Assembly: GCA_002717225.1 (NCBI GenBank) | Contig: PBDG01000046.1 | Coordinates: 8,664 to 51,883, forward strand | Length of the DNA: 43,220 nucleotides | Direction of reading: 5' to 3' | DNA from: Rhodospirillaceae bacterium | Lineage (GTDB): Bacteria > Pseudomonadota > Alphaproteobacteria > UBA828 | Shown here: positions 8,583 through 18,185 of the stretch, in pieces | Layout: each line of letters starts with the position of its first letter | Position numbering within the stretch: position 1 is the stretch's first letter | Made by a program: the position numbers and the translations under genes | The notes under the pieces: generated by a model | Seen by the model: only the letters and a program-made list of their open reading frames with translations | The model's database searches: none | Told to the model about the DNA's origin: nothing

Positions 8583-9485
8583 CTAGACCTTCAAGAAATA
8601 TGCAATAGCCACTGCGGCCAGGGCTGGTACGCAGCATACTGCGGCGAGCACGATTGGTGCGGCCGCACGCCCGGCGCGGCTTTCGCCAAGATTCATATGC
8701 CGTGCAGCAATATCCGCAAAAAAGATAAGCAGCAATGCGATTAGCGCCGGTAGACTAACATCATGAAAATGCATTGCGGCGATCCAGGCGAGGAGAAACA
8801 GCGACCCGCCCGCGCCCATGAGCACTGAAGCACCGTACGGATAGATATTGGTTGGCCAGTTCCAGACAGTAAAGCCAAACAATGCGGTGGCCAGTGCGAT
8901 GGCTAGATGTGCAATCTCCACGGCATCGCCGACGACTGCTACCGCCGCCAGACCAAGGGCTGCGATCAAGATCATGATGGTCGGGTTAATCCCATTGTGG
9001 CGCTCTCTTTCGAGACGCCACAGAGTAGCTATGCCGGAAAGCCACATGGCGCCGAGGCCGGCCCAGGCCCAGATGCCGGCGTTTTCAATGCCTGGCGCTT
9101 CCAGCCAACAAATTAGGACTGCCGCGCCGGCCGGAAAAAGTAGCCAGCGCGTGAATGGCGGCAGGCGAAGGCTGTCAAGGAGGAATCCGATTACCACACT
9201 GGCCGCTACACCATAGACCAGCTTATCCAGAGAGCCCACCGGGGGATGCGGTGGAATGCCAACAATTATGAAATAGACCGAGGTAAAGGTCAGGCCAACG
9301 GCCGCGCTGGCAACAAGGGGTCCCCGTTCCCGCCCGTTTGCGAGGCGTATGGCCCCAGTAAGAAAAAAACCCAACAGGGCGGGAATGAGTGCGCTTTGAA
9401 CCGCCGCCTGCTCAAAAAATCCGTTTTCTATCTCGCCCTCCCCGGGATAGTAACACCGACGCTGGAAATTCGGCTGCCGGACCAC
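8583..9485 (-). CDS. Hypothetical polytopic membrane protein (about 9-10 hydrophobic segments)
   Basis: 300-codon ORF of mostly hydrophobic stretches that fills the gap between the dehalogenase and fdhD. Start is uncertain. Confidence 0.7.
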   Translation of the reverse strand: MVRQPNFQRRCYYPGEGEIENGFFEQAAVQSALIPALLGFFLTGAIRLANGRERGPLVASAAVGLTFTSVYFIIVGIPPHPPVGSLDKLVYGVAASVVIGFLLDSLRLPPFTRWLLFPAGAAVLICWLEAPGIENAGIWAWAGLGAMWLSGIATLWRLERERHNGINPTIMILIAALGLAAVAVVGDAVEIAHLAIALATALFGFTVWNWPTNIYPYGASVLMGAGGSLFLLAWIAAMHFHDVSLPALIALLLIFFADIAARHMNLGESRAGRAAAPIVLAAVCCVPALAAVAIAYFLKV

Positions 9486-9547
9486 ATATTTTACTGTATG
9501 TCATATGTTGGCGCATTCGTTTAAAGGGTGGCGGTTAGAGGTTGATT

Positions 9548-10366
9548 ATGGAATTCAGTGTTAAGCCTGAACCGGGGCACGCTGGCCTCACGCGAGAGAT
9601 GTTCGGTCTCGATCAGGACGGCAAAGACACGCAGATCTGTGTTGTCGAGGAACGCCCATTGACCATCTATTTAAACGGTCAGGAGATTGTCACGGTGATG
9701 ACTATCCGCGACTATCCGGAATATCTTGCTCTTGGCTATCTGCTCAATCAGCATATGCTGTTGCCAAATGATCACGTAACGGGGGTTGATTACGACGAGG
9801 ATATCGAAACCATTGTCGTACGTACCGAGCGCAAAACGAATTATGAAAAAAAGCTGCGTAAAAAGACACTCACTTCGGGTTGCGCCCAGGGTACAGTTTT
9901 CGGCGACTTAATGGAGCATATCGATGGTGTTGAACTACCTACTGAGGCAGTATTGAAGACGTCGTGGCTGTTTGCCCTTAGCCGAAAGATCAACACCCAG
10001 CCGAGTCTTTACCTTACTGCCGGTGCGATCCACGGATGTGTGTTATGCGAGGCTGACCGGCCGCTAATCTATATGGAGGATGTTGGACGACATAATGCAA
10101 TAGACAAGATTGCCGGTTATATGTTGCAAAATAGTCTAACGTCTAAAGGCAAGATCATCTATACCACAGGTCGATTGACCAGTGAGATGGTGCTGAAAAC
10201 AGTTCAGATGCGTATCCCTGTACTGATTTCGCGCTCCGGTTTCACCGCTTGGGGTGTCGAGCTCGCACAGCGCACTGGTCTCACTCTTATCGGCCGCGCC
10301 AAGGGTAAGCGCTTTATTGCGCTTGCCGGCCAGGAGCGTATTCGGTTCGATAGCGAAACGCCTTAG
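9548..10366 (+). CDS. fdhD: Formate dehydrogenase accessory sulfurtransferase FdhD
   Basis: EERPLTIYLN, TSGCAQGT, GAIHGC, EDVGRHNAIDK and TTGRLTSEMV. Confidence 0.95.
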   Translation: MEFSVKPEPGHAGLTREMFGLDQDGKDTQICVVEERPLTIYLNGQEIVTVMTIRDYPEYLALGYLLNQHMLLPNDHVTGVDYDEDIETIVVRTERKTNYEKKLRKKTLTSGCAQGTVFGDLMEHIDGVELPTEAVLKTSWLFALSRKINTQPSLYLTAGAIHGCVLCEADRPLIYMEDVGRHNAIDKIAGYMLQNSLTSKGKIIYTTGRLTSEMVLKTVQMRIPVLISRSGFTAWGVELAQRTGLTLIGRAKGKRFIALAGQERIRFDSETP

Positions 10367-10539
10367 ATGGGTGAAATATTTTTATATGAGGCAGTTCGGT
10401 AAGGAGGGAAAATCAAGCGTCGGCCGCAAGATTTGACAGCGAGGTGATCGTGGAGAACAAGTTTTTCGTAATCGTGGTGGTAAACAAAAAATGCTTTATT
10501 GCCTGATTAACAACGCGCCGCCGCGCGTTGAGGTTACCT

Positions 10540-11160
10540 TTGTTTGAGCAGACAAAAGTCGCAGGCGTGCTGCTAGCTGGGGGCCAGGCGCGGCGCATGG
10601 GTGGCGGTGACAAATGCTTGAGGCCGCTCGCTGGTCGGCCGATCCTTAGCTATGTGTTAGAAAGAGTGCGACCTCAGGTGGGCCCACTCCTTTTGAACGC
10701 CCATGGTGATGCGCTGCGCTTTGCAGAATTCGATCTACCCGTAGCGACGGATGTGGTCGAGGGCCATGCTGGGCCACTTGCTGGTATTTTGACCGGTATG
10801 GAGTGGGCGCAACATAAAGCACCTGGTTGCGAATGGCTGGCGAGCTTCGCCACCGATGCGCCGTTCTTACCCGACGATCTCGTGGCGCGTCTGTTGCGTG
10901 CGGTGAAAGAGGAGGGTGCCGAAATGGCACGCGCGTTTTCACTAGGCCGAGCTCACCCCGTTTTTGCTCTTTGGCCGGTCGCCCTTGCCGGCGAACTACG
11001 CCATGCTGTTGTGGAAAAAAAATTCCGAAAGATTGATGCCTGGACCGGTCATTACCGCCTTGCCACGGTCGAATTCGCTTCTAAGTCGCACGACCCCTTC
11101 TTCAACGCTAATCGCCCGGAAGATTTTGCTGAGGCGGAGCGTCTTATCGAAAAATCGTGA
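10540..11160 (+). CDS. mobA: Molybdenum cofactor guanylyltransferase
   Basis: LLAGGQARRMGGGDK, GPLAGIL, DAPFLP, HPVFALW and FFNANRPED. TTG start at 10540 (GAGG RBS) or 10528. Confidence 0.95.
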   Translation: MFEQTKVAGVLLAGGQARRMGGGDKCLRPLAGRPILSYVLERVRPQVGPLLLNAHGDALRFAEFDLPVATDVVEGHAGPLAGILTGMEWAQHKAPGCEWLASFATDAPFLPDDLVARLLRAVKEEGAEMARAFSLGRAHPVFALWPVALAGELRHAVVEKKFRKIDAWTGHYRLATVEFASKSHDPFFNANRPEDFAEAERLIEKS

Positions 11161-11860
11161 CGTAACGCCCGAACGCCTTGAGAGCGCTGACGGTGCCGCC
11201 CTCGGCGATGCATTGTGCAGTCGCGTTGAGATCGTGGGGCACCAAGCCAGAGAGGGCATCGATGCCTAGGTCGAATAGTACCGGAGATAAAGGGGCGCTT
11301 GGACCGACTAGTACAGTAAACGCGGTTTTGGGCGTCAGTGTGAGAATCTTGCTTAAGGTGCCATTGGAGACGGTAGACGCGGTGATGGCGATGAAGTCGG
11401 CGGCCGGCAACAGGTCAGCGGCAGCTTCCATCGGATATTCGCCGGGGTAGGGGTTTCGTTCAATAACGGCTGCACCAGGAAGCCTCTTATCAAGTCTCGG
11501 AAAGCGGCCGATTATCACAGGATGCTCGCTGCGTGGGTGTATTATGTCGAGACCGTTAACTGATGCGCCCTTTAAATCGAAGCGGTTGTGATTAGCGTTG
11601 ATCGCAGCAAAGCCGAGTACTCGTTCGAATATATTTTTTGACGCAGTAAGTCTAGCGATGTCGGCGAGGGCACGGCCCTGATAGTTGCCGGGCTCTGGTA
11701 GGCTGCGGCAACCTTCGGTGCCGCGTGCTGGAGTGTGAACTATGCCGGCGCCCACCGGGCCTTCCACGTATGTCCAGTTGAGACCGATGACCACGCACTT
11801 GGCATGTCCCGTTATGCTGTTTTGGAGAGCGGAATCGAGCCGCTTCTCCATGTTAGTCAC
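11144..11860 (-). CDS. DUF364 family protein (enolase-N-like plus Rossmann-like domains)
   Basis: GFAAINA, IIGRFP, VIERNP, ITASTVSNGTL and LVGPSAPLSPVLF. The GTG start overlaps the FDH alpha stop (GTGA). Confidence 0.8.
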   Translation of the reverse strand: MTNMEKRLDSALQNSITGHAKCVVIGLNWTYVEGPVGAGIVHTPARGTEGCRSLPEPGNYQGRALADIARLTASKNIFERVLGFAAINANHNRFDLKGASVNGLDIIHPRSEHPVIIGRFPRLDKRLPGAAVIERNPYPGEYPMEAAADLLPAADFIAITASTVSNGTLSKILTLTPKTAFTVLVGPSAPLSPVLFDLGIDALSGLVPHDLNATAQCIAEGGTVSALKAFGRYVTIFR

Positions 11861-14610
11861 TCGGCCGCTGCCGCTGCCACCTTCTCCACCTTGGCGGCGC
11901 AGAATTTGAATTCAGGGATTTTGCCGAACGGGTCAAGCGCTGGGTTGGTCAGCATATTGGCTGCAGCTTCCGCATAGCAGAAGGGAACGAATATTACACC
12001 CTTGGGTATGCCTGTATCCGCGCGAGCCTTGAGTGAGATGCGCCCTCTCCGGGTTGCTACTACAATTTGATCGCCTGGACGGATACCGAGGCGCTGCAGT
12101 TCTATGGGCGCGAGGCTGGCGACCGCCTCAGGCTCCAGATAGTCAAGAGTCTCGGAGCGCCGGGTCATTGCACCAGTGTGCCAATGTTCCAACTGGCGGC
12201 CGGTGGAGAGTACCATGGGGTAATCCGAATCGGGCATTTCGTCTGGCGGGATAATCCCAGCGGGCACGAACTTGCCGCGCTTTGAGGGTGTTGGAAAGCC
12301 GTCTCCGAATATTACGTCTTTTCCCGGTAAATCTTCCCCGTCGCAGGGATAGGTAACGACGCTGTCGCGCTCAAGGCGGGGCCAAGAAATATTGTTGAGC
12401 GAAGCCATGCACTGTTTCATCTCAGCGAAAATGTCCGAGGGATGACCGTAATTCCAGTCGAGTCCTATACGCTTCGCAATCTCGCCGATAATCCACCAGT
12501 CTGGCATTACGCCGTCCGGCGCATTTACTGCCTTACGGCCCATTTGAATCTGCCGATTGGTGTTGGTCACCGTGCCATCCTTCTCCGGCCAGGCGGTCGC
12601 GGGTAGGATGACATCGGCAAAAAAGGCGGTTTCAGTGAGAAAGATTTCCTGGACCACGAGGTGTTCGAGCTTAGCAAAGGCTTCGCGTACGTGGTGAGAA
12701 TTAGGATCTGACATCGCCGGATTCTCGCCCATGATATACATGCCGGTAATATCGCCCTGATGAGCAGCATCCATGATCTCGACCACCGTAAGGCCGCGGT
12801 TGGGGTCAAGTGACGCGCTCCAGAGGTCCTCGAAGCGGCTCTGGGTCTCTGGATCAGTTACTGCTTGATAATCAGGATAGAACATCGGGATGAGGCCGGC
12901 ATCGGAGGCGCCCTGCACATTGTTTTGGCCGCGCAGCGGGTGGAGGCCAGTACCTGGGCGGCCGACCTGGCCACTCATCAGAGCAAGGGAAATCAAGCAG
13001 CGCGCATTATCGGTGCCGTGGATATGCTGTGAAATACCCATGCCCCAGAAGATGATCGCTGCTTCAGCATTAGCGTAAACTCGTGCGACCTCGCGAAGTA
13101 CATCCGGCTCAATTCCGCAAACCGGTGCCATCTTCTCTGGCGAAAAGTCGTTTAGGTGGTCACATAGCTGCTCGAAGCCTTCTGTGTGTGCCTGAACGTA
13201 CTGTTCGTCATACAGCCCTTCGGAGACGATGACGTGCATCAGCGCGTTCAAAAGCGCTACATCGCGGCCAGGTTTGAATTGCAGGGAGTAGCTGGCATGT
13301 CGAGACAAGGCAGAACCACGCGGATCGATAATAATGAGCTTGGCCCCGCGCTTGGCGGCATTTTTTAGGAACGTCGCCGCTACAGGATGATTCGAGGTCG
13401 GATGGGCGCCGATGACAATGATTACATCAGAATTGCGGGCTTCATTGAAGCTCGCCGTCACTGCACCGGAGCCGATGGTCTCGAGGAGTGCCGCCACTGA
13501 AGAGGCGTGGCAAAGTCGTGTGCAGTGATCAACATTGTTGCTGCCGAATCCAGAGCGTACCAGTTTCTGGAAGAGATAGGCCTCCTCGTTGGAGCCCTTG
13601 GCCGAGCCAAAGCCTGCGAGCGCCTTGCTGCCTTTTTTGCTGCGGATGCGTGAGAGGCCCGAGGCAGCAGCGTCAAGCGCTTCCTCCCAGGTTGCTTCGC
13701 GGAAATGGCGGTGCATTTCTTCGGGCGGGATATAGATGTCTGCATATTTGGGCGGCGCATCCTCGCGGCGGATCAGTGGCGTGGTCAGACGGTGCGGATG
13801 GTTTACGTAATCGAAGCCGAAACGGCCTTTGACACAAAGGCGTTCGGAATTTGATGGTCCATTGCGTCCCTCGACAGAAAGTATCTTGTTGTCCTTTACT
13901 TTGAAGGTGAGCTGGCAACCGACGCCGCAATAGGGGCAGACGCTCTCAACCTGCTTATCAGGTAAGATTTTGCCGACGCCATCCGCCGGCATAAGCGCAC
14001 CAGTCGGGCAAGCCTGGATGCACTCGCCGCAGGCAACGCAGCTCGAAGCGCCCATTTGATCATCGAAATCGAATACAATCTTATTGCCGATGCCACGCCC
14101 CGCCATGCCGATCACGTCATTGACCTGTACCTCTCGGCAGGCGCGAACGCAGCGAGTGCAATGAATGCAGGCGTCGAGATTAACTGCCATTGCTTTGTGG
14201 CTGGTATCCGGCGCCGGTGTTTGGCGGGTAGGGAAACGGCTCGCCGTTTGGCCCATTTCCTCGGCCCAGTGCCACAGCTCTGAATTGGGATCATGGCTAG
14301 ATTCACGCGGCGGCTGATCAGCGACTAGCAGTTCCATAACCATTTTACGCGCCGTCTCCGCCCGCTCGGTCATGGTATTTACCACCATGCCCTCGGTGGG
14401 TGTACGGACACAGGAGGCGGCAAGCACGCGCTCGTCCTCAATCTCGACCATACACACCCGACAATTGCCGTCGGCACGGTATTCCGGTGCTTTGGAATAG
14501 CAGAGATGGGGGATGTCGATACCGGAGCGGGCAGCACATTGCCAGATCGTCTCGCCTAGCTCCGCTTCCAGGGGCTTGCCGTCTAGGATAAAGCTGATCT
14601 TGTCACTCAT
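11857..14610 (-). CDS. fdhF: NAD-dependent Mo/W-bis-PGD formate dehydrogenase alpha subunit (Cys-ligated)
   Basis: N-terminal 2Fe-2S (IPHLC..GNCRVC..ASC), 2x4Fe-4S (CIHCTRC, CVACGEC), CPYCGVGC..LCVKG, active site DHCTRLCH, LRGQNNVQG and C-terminal GKIPEFK. Confidence 0.95.
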   Translation of the reverse strand: MSDKISFILDGKPLEAELGETIWQCAARSGIDIPHLCYSKAPEYRADGNCRVCMVEIEDERVLAASCVRTPTEGMVVNTMTERAETARKMVMELLVADQPPRESSHDPNSELWHWAEEMGQTASRFPTRQTPAPDTSHKAMAVNLDACIHCTRCVRACREVQVNDVIGMAGRGIGNKIVFDFDDQMGASSCVACGECIQACPTGALMPADGVGKILPDKQVESVCPYCGVGCQLTFKVKDNKILSVEGRNGPSNSERLCVKGRFGFDYVNHPHRLTTPLIRREDAPPKYADIYIPPEEMHRHFREATWEEALDAAASGLSRIRSKKGSKALAGFGSAKGSNEEAYLFQKLVRSGFGSNNVDHCTRLCHASSVAALLETIGSGAVTASFNEARNSDVIIVIGAHPTSNHPVAATFLKNAAKRGAKLIIIDPRGSALSRHASYSLQFKPGRDVALLNALMHVIVSEGLYDEQYVQAHTEGFEQLCDHLNDFSPEKMAPVCGIEPDVLREVARVYANAEAAIIFWGMGISQHIHGTDNARCLISLALMSGQVGRPGTGLHPLRGQNNVQGASDAGLIPMFYPDYQAVTDPETQSRFEDLWSASLDPNRGLTVVEIMDAAHQGDITGMYIMGENPAMSDPNSHHVREAFAKLEHLVVQEIFLTETAFFADVILPATAWPEKDGTVTNTNRQIQMGRKAVNAPDGVMPDWWIIGEIAKRIGLDWNYGHPSDIFAEMKQCMASLNNISWPRLERDSVVTYPCDGEDLPGKDVIFGDGFPTPSKRGKFVPAGIIPPDEMPDSDYPMVLSTGRQLEHWHTGAMTRRSETLDYLEPEAVASLAPIELQRLGIRPGDQIVVATRRGRISLKARADTGIPKGVIFVPFCYAEAAANMLTNPALDPFGKIPEFKFCAAKVEKVAAAAAE

Positions 14611-16313
14611 GTTAAATCCTCAGGAAAATACTTTAGCACCATCAGAAGGGGATTGGGCGCGGCTTGCCCGAGGCCACAGATCGAAGCATCCATCATGGTC
14701 TGGCTTAGCTCGGTTAGTAGAGGGCCGTCCCATTCGGGCGCTTGCATCAACTTGACTGCTTTTTCCGTTCCAACTCGGCATGGAGTGCATTGGCCGCAGC
14801 TTTCATATTCGAAAAAGCGCATGAGGTTAAGCGCAGCAGCGCGCAAATTGTCCTGATTCGAGAGCACAATCACCGCCGCAGAGCCAATCAGGCAGCCCTC
14901 GCTTTCTAACGTGCCAAAGTCGAGCGGGATATCACCCTTGGATGCGGGGAGAATTCCGCCAGACGCTCCACCCGGCAGATATGCCTTAAAGATGTGGCCT
15001 TCCGCCATGCCGCCACAATATTCCTGAATTAGTTCGTTAACGGTTATCCCAGCGGGTGCCAGCTTTACTCCAGGGTCTGCCACCCGGCCCGAGACGGAGA
15101 AGCTACGCAAGCCCTTGGATCCGTTTCGACCCTCGTTGGCAAACCAATTGGCCCCGCGCTCAATGATGTCGCGCACCCAATAGAGGGTCTCAACATTGTT
15201 GATTAGTGTTGGGCGGCCGAACAGGCCAACCTGCGATGGGAAAGGCGGTTTATGGCGTGGCTCACCGCGTTTACCCTCGATGCTTTCAAGCATCGCCGAT
15301 TCCTCGCCGCAGATATAGGCGCCAGCGCCGCGCCGGAGGGTGATTTTTGTATCTTTGGCGAGGCCGGCATTTTGAAGTTTGGTAATTTCCGTCTCCAATA
15401 TGTGGCGAATGCCAGGATATTCGTCGCGCAAATAAATGAAGCATTCTTCAGCTTCTACCGCCCAAGCAGCAATAAGCATGCCTTCTAGGAAGCGGTGTGG
15501 ATCGCGTTCCATATAATAGCGATCTTTGAACGTTCCAGGTTCACCCTCATCGGCATTGACTGCTAGCAATCGCGGTTTTGGCTCGGCGCGGACAAAACGC
15601 CATTTGCGTCCTGTAGGAAAGCCTGCGCCGCCTAGGCCACGCAAATTGCTGTCCTCCAGAATCGAGAGGATATTCTCGACGTTAAAATCTCCATTTAAAC
15701 ATGATCTTATCAGGCCATAGCCGCCATTTTTCATATATTGATCAATCTCAATATAGGTCGCGATCTCTGGCTCGGTTTGGCCGGCTTCGGCTACCTTCGC
15801 GACGGATTCGGGGCTTGCAGATACAATGTGGCGATGGCCTATTTCGGCCACCGGCGCGCATTCACAGCGCCCCATACAGGGTGCGCGGAGAATGCGAATT
15901 TTGGTTTTATCAAGACGCTCTTCCAGGGCCTGATAGAGTGATTCGGAACCTGCGATTTCACAGGACAGGCTGTCGCACACACGAATCGTCACTGGCGGCG
16001 GGCTCGTTTCTCCGTCTGCTACCGCGTCGAAATGCGCATAGAAGGTTGCGACTTCAAATACCTCCGCGAGGGACAGTTTCATTTCATGTGCGAGCGCCAC
16101 CAAATGTGGGGTCGAAAGCTGCCCTTTGCTGTCTTGAATGAGATGAAGGTGTTCGATCAGGAGATCCCGTCGGCGTGGCGCTTTGCCGAGTAGTTTCTGG
16201 ATGTCGGCAAGCGCGGCCGGGTCAATCTGGCGGCCCTTGCCTTCATAGCGCGCATTTCGCCGGCCTTTTCCAGGATGTCCGAACTTGCGGACCTTGTTTT
16301 CCGACGCTGCCAT
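14607..16313 (-). CDS. Formate dehydrogenase beta (diaphorase) subunit, NuoE-NuoF fusion
   Basis: NuoE-like VATFY, CDSLSC and CMGRC fused to NuoF-like LRGLGGAGFP, NADEGEPGTFKDR, GAGAYICGEE and ESCGQCTPCR..SICGLG. ATGA overlap with the alpha subunit. Confidence 0.92.
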   Translation of the reverse strand: MAASENKVRKFGHPGKGRRNARYEGKGRQIDPAALADIQKLLGKAPRRRDLLIEHLHLIQDSKGQLSTPHLVALAHEMKLSLAEVFEVATFYAHFDAVADGETSPPPVTIRVCDSLSCEIAGSESLYQALEERLDKTKIRILRAPCMGRCECAPVAEIGHRHIVSASPESVAKVAEAGQTEPEIATYIEIDQYMKNGGYGLIRSCLNGDFNVENILSILEDSNLRGLGGAGFPTGRKWRFVRAEPKPRLLAVNADEGEPGTFKDRYYMERDPHRFLEGMLIAAWAVEAEECFIYLRDEYPGIRHILETEITKLQNAGLAKDTKITLRRGAGAYICGEESAMLESIEGKRGEPRHKPPFPSQVGLFGRPTLINNVETLYWVRDIIERGANWFANEGRNGSKGLRSFSVSGRVADPGVKLAPAGITVNELIQEYCGGMAEGHIFKAYLPGGASGGILPASKGDIPLDFGTLESEGCLIGSAAVIVLSNQDNLRAAALNLMRFFEYESCGQCTPCRVGTEKAVKLMQAPEWDGPLLTELSQTMMDASICGLGQAAPNPLLMVLKYFPEDLT

Positions 16314-16349
16314 CTTGATCGCCCGTATTTGTTTTGGATGGGTAACGTC

Positions 16350-16411
16350 TCAAAATCACCTTAATTTGTAAAATCTATTATAATTATTATTCAATATAAA
16401 ATAACTATCAT
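16350..16411 (-). promoter_or_regulatory. AT-rich putative LysR-controlled promoter of the FDH operon
   Basis: Almost pure A/T tract between the LysR stop and the beta-subunit start. It contains GATAG-TTATTTT-ATAT, which includes a T-N11-A LysR-type box. Confidence 0.45.
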
Positions 16412-17325
16412 TAGCAGGTGAAGATCTCATCTTCGCGTAATCCATCGACCAAGGCGAGCATGGCTTTGGCTGTTGGCGGCTGAGGCTCGCGGTCAGCGAC
16501 CACCAGTCCCACCGTATAAGAGACTTCTGGCTCGACAAGATCAAGCGTCTCCGAGCCTGTGGGTAGGTCAAGCATATCAAGCACGTGGCGTGGTACGATT
16601 CCAGCCCATTTTCCTGTTTTTACATGGAGGCCGATATCGGCCAAATCGTTGGTTTCAATCTGTGGCGATGCACGGCATCCGGCGGCAGAGAAGGCAGCGT
16701 CAATGATGCGCCGATTTTGCATGTCGGGCGACAAAAGACAGAGCGGCAAATCTGCGGCTTGTCGCCAAGTAATTTTTTCAACTGGAGACTTACAATTATC
16801 AAGGCGTGCGCGGACTAAACAATAATACTCGCGGTAAAGTAGTGCTGAGGATACGCCCGACATGGGTTCATTGTTGAGATAGGTGATACCAAGATCGATT
16901 TCGAAATTATCGAGACCCTGCTGGATTTCGAGAGAGCTCATGGCGCGTGCTGCAATGGTTACATCGGGATAGTTCTCGCAGAAAGGTAGCGTCAGACGCG
17001 AAACCACTGGCAGTGCCGTAGGCACCACGCCGATGCGCAGCCGGCCATGCAGGCTACCGCGCATTTCACTTAACTCCTGAATCATGGCGTCCTGATCCGC
17101 TACTATCCGTTCAGCCCATTCTAGGACGCGCTGTCCCTCTGCAGTGAAGCCAATAAAATGCTGACCGCGCATCACGATCGGTATGCCCAATTCGTCCTCA
17201 AGCCGGCGAATTGCGGTAGATAGGGTCGGTTGGGCGATATTGCAGCGTTTTGCCGCGCGCCCGAAATGTCGTTCCTGGGCCAGTGCAATGAGATAATCAA
17301 ACTGTTTGAAATTCATACTTTTCAC
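16411..17325 (-). CDS. LysR-family transcriptional regulator (probable FDH regulator)
   Basis: HTH motif HFGRAAKRCNIAQPTLS..IRRLEDELG, plus GRLRIGVVPT and LPLCLLSPDMQNRRI. Confidence 0.93.
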   Translation of the reverse strand: MKSMNFKQFDYLIALAQERHFGRAAKRCNIAQPTLSTAIRRLEDELGIPIVMRGQHFIGFTAEGQRVLEWAERIVADQDAMIQELSEMRGSLHGRLRIGVVPTALPVVSRLTLPFCENYPDVTIAARAMSSLEIQQGLDNFEIDLGITYLNNEPMSGVSSALLYREYYCLVRARLDNCKSPVEKITWRQAADLPLCLLSPDMQNRRIIDAAFSAAGCRASPQIETNDLADIGLHVKTGKWAGIVPRHVLDMLDLPTGSETLDLVEPEVSYTVGLVVADREPQPPTAKAMLALVDGLREDEIFTC

Positions 17326-17528
17326 TCATCCGCATCAGCTTGTGGAGGCTCTGCTCGGACCAGCGACAATAACTCCGCGTTGATTGACTGTTTACCCGCA
17401 TGCTCGAAGGTTGCTGTCAAGCGGTTGCCGAGAGCAGACTGCACCCGTCCGAGGCCCCATTCAGGACGGGTTGGGTGTCGCACCCAATCACCTGGAGCGA
17501 AATGGCTGGTGGATCTGTTGCTCGACAT
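17322..17528 (-). CDS. DUF3553 small SH3-like protein
   Basis: PGDWVRHPTRPEWGLGRVQS..TATFEHAGK signature. The stop overlaps the LysR start (GTGA). Confidence 0.85.
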   Translation of the reverse strand: MSSNRSTSHFAPGDWVRHPTRPEWGLGRVQSALGNRLTATFEHAGKQSINAELLSLVRAEPPQADADE

Positions 17529-18185
17529 TTTTCTAGGATAGCGCGCTTCACAGAGTCGGTCGATTCAAAGGCGGATGAAGGCCGTTAACTTTTCCTTGAA
17601 CTAGCAATTCCCATCTTCATAAATAGTCTCTCTTGCTGAACGAGTTTAGAGTGGCGTTAAATCATAACGTGAATCGGTTGTATCTGACGAAACGTTGTGC
17701 GAGTGGGATCGATGACATGCCAAACATTTTTCGGTTATAGGAAAAGATAGCGCTTCGGTGCTGGCCATAAATTGGCAGAACCTTGGGTGGGCCAATTTGC
17801 CATGTTCTAGCGTTTCAGGAAGTTTTCCATTCAACTTTTCCTGAACCCGAAAAACTAGCTCGTGTGTTGAAAATTCCTGATCATCTCGGCAGAAACCGCG
17901 TTGAAGCACATGACTTTTGTTGATTGAACTAAAGGTGACCCGTGCTGAGAACACCGGCACCGGCGCGCTCACGGTTTTGGGCGAGATCGCGCTGAGTACC
18001 GCGTAAAATTTGCCAAACACAAAGATTCAATCCTCTAAAAGCTGTTTTGTAGTCACTTAGTCTAAATCGATATCTTCGCGATTTTGGGTAAATCATCAAA
18101 CTTGTCACGGTATCTTGTCGAGCGGCGTTGAGATTCCTATACTCCGCGCCCGTCAGCAAGTTCGCACAGGGAAAATAAGAACACC

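Noticed and set aside
13507-13530. Selenocysteine in the FDH alpha active site
   Set aside because: The codon is TGC (Cys) and the ORF has no in-frame TGA.
14607-16313. Respiratory complex I nuoEF
   Set aside because: It is a fused gene coupled to FDH alpha, with no other nuo genes present.
17762-17777. Sigma-54 promoter-like TGGCCATAAATTGGCA
   Set aside because: GG-N10-GC spacing is met but the TTGC element is imperfect and there is no clear target gene.
17646-18159. Minus-strand ORFs of 124 and 76 aa in the gap before dksA
   Set aside because: No recognisable motifs or RBS and atypical composition; probably spurious.
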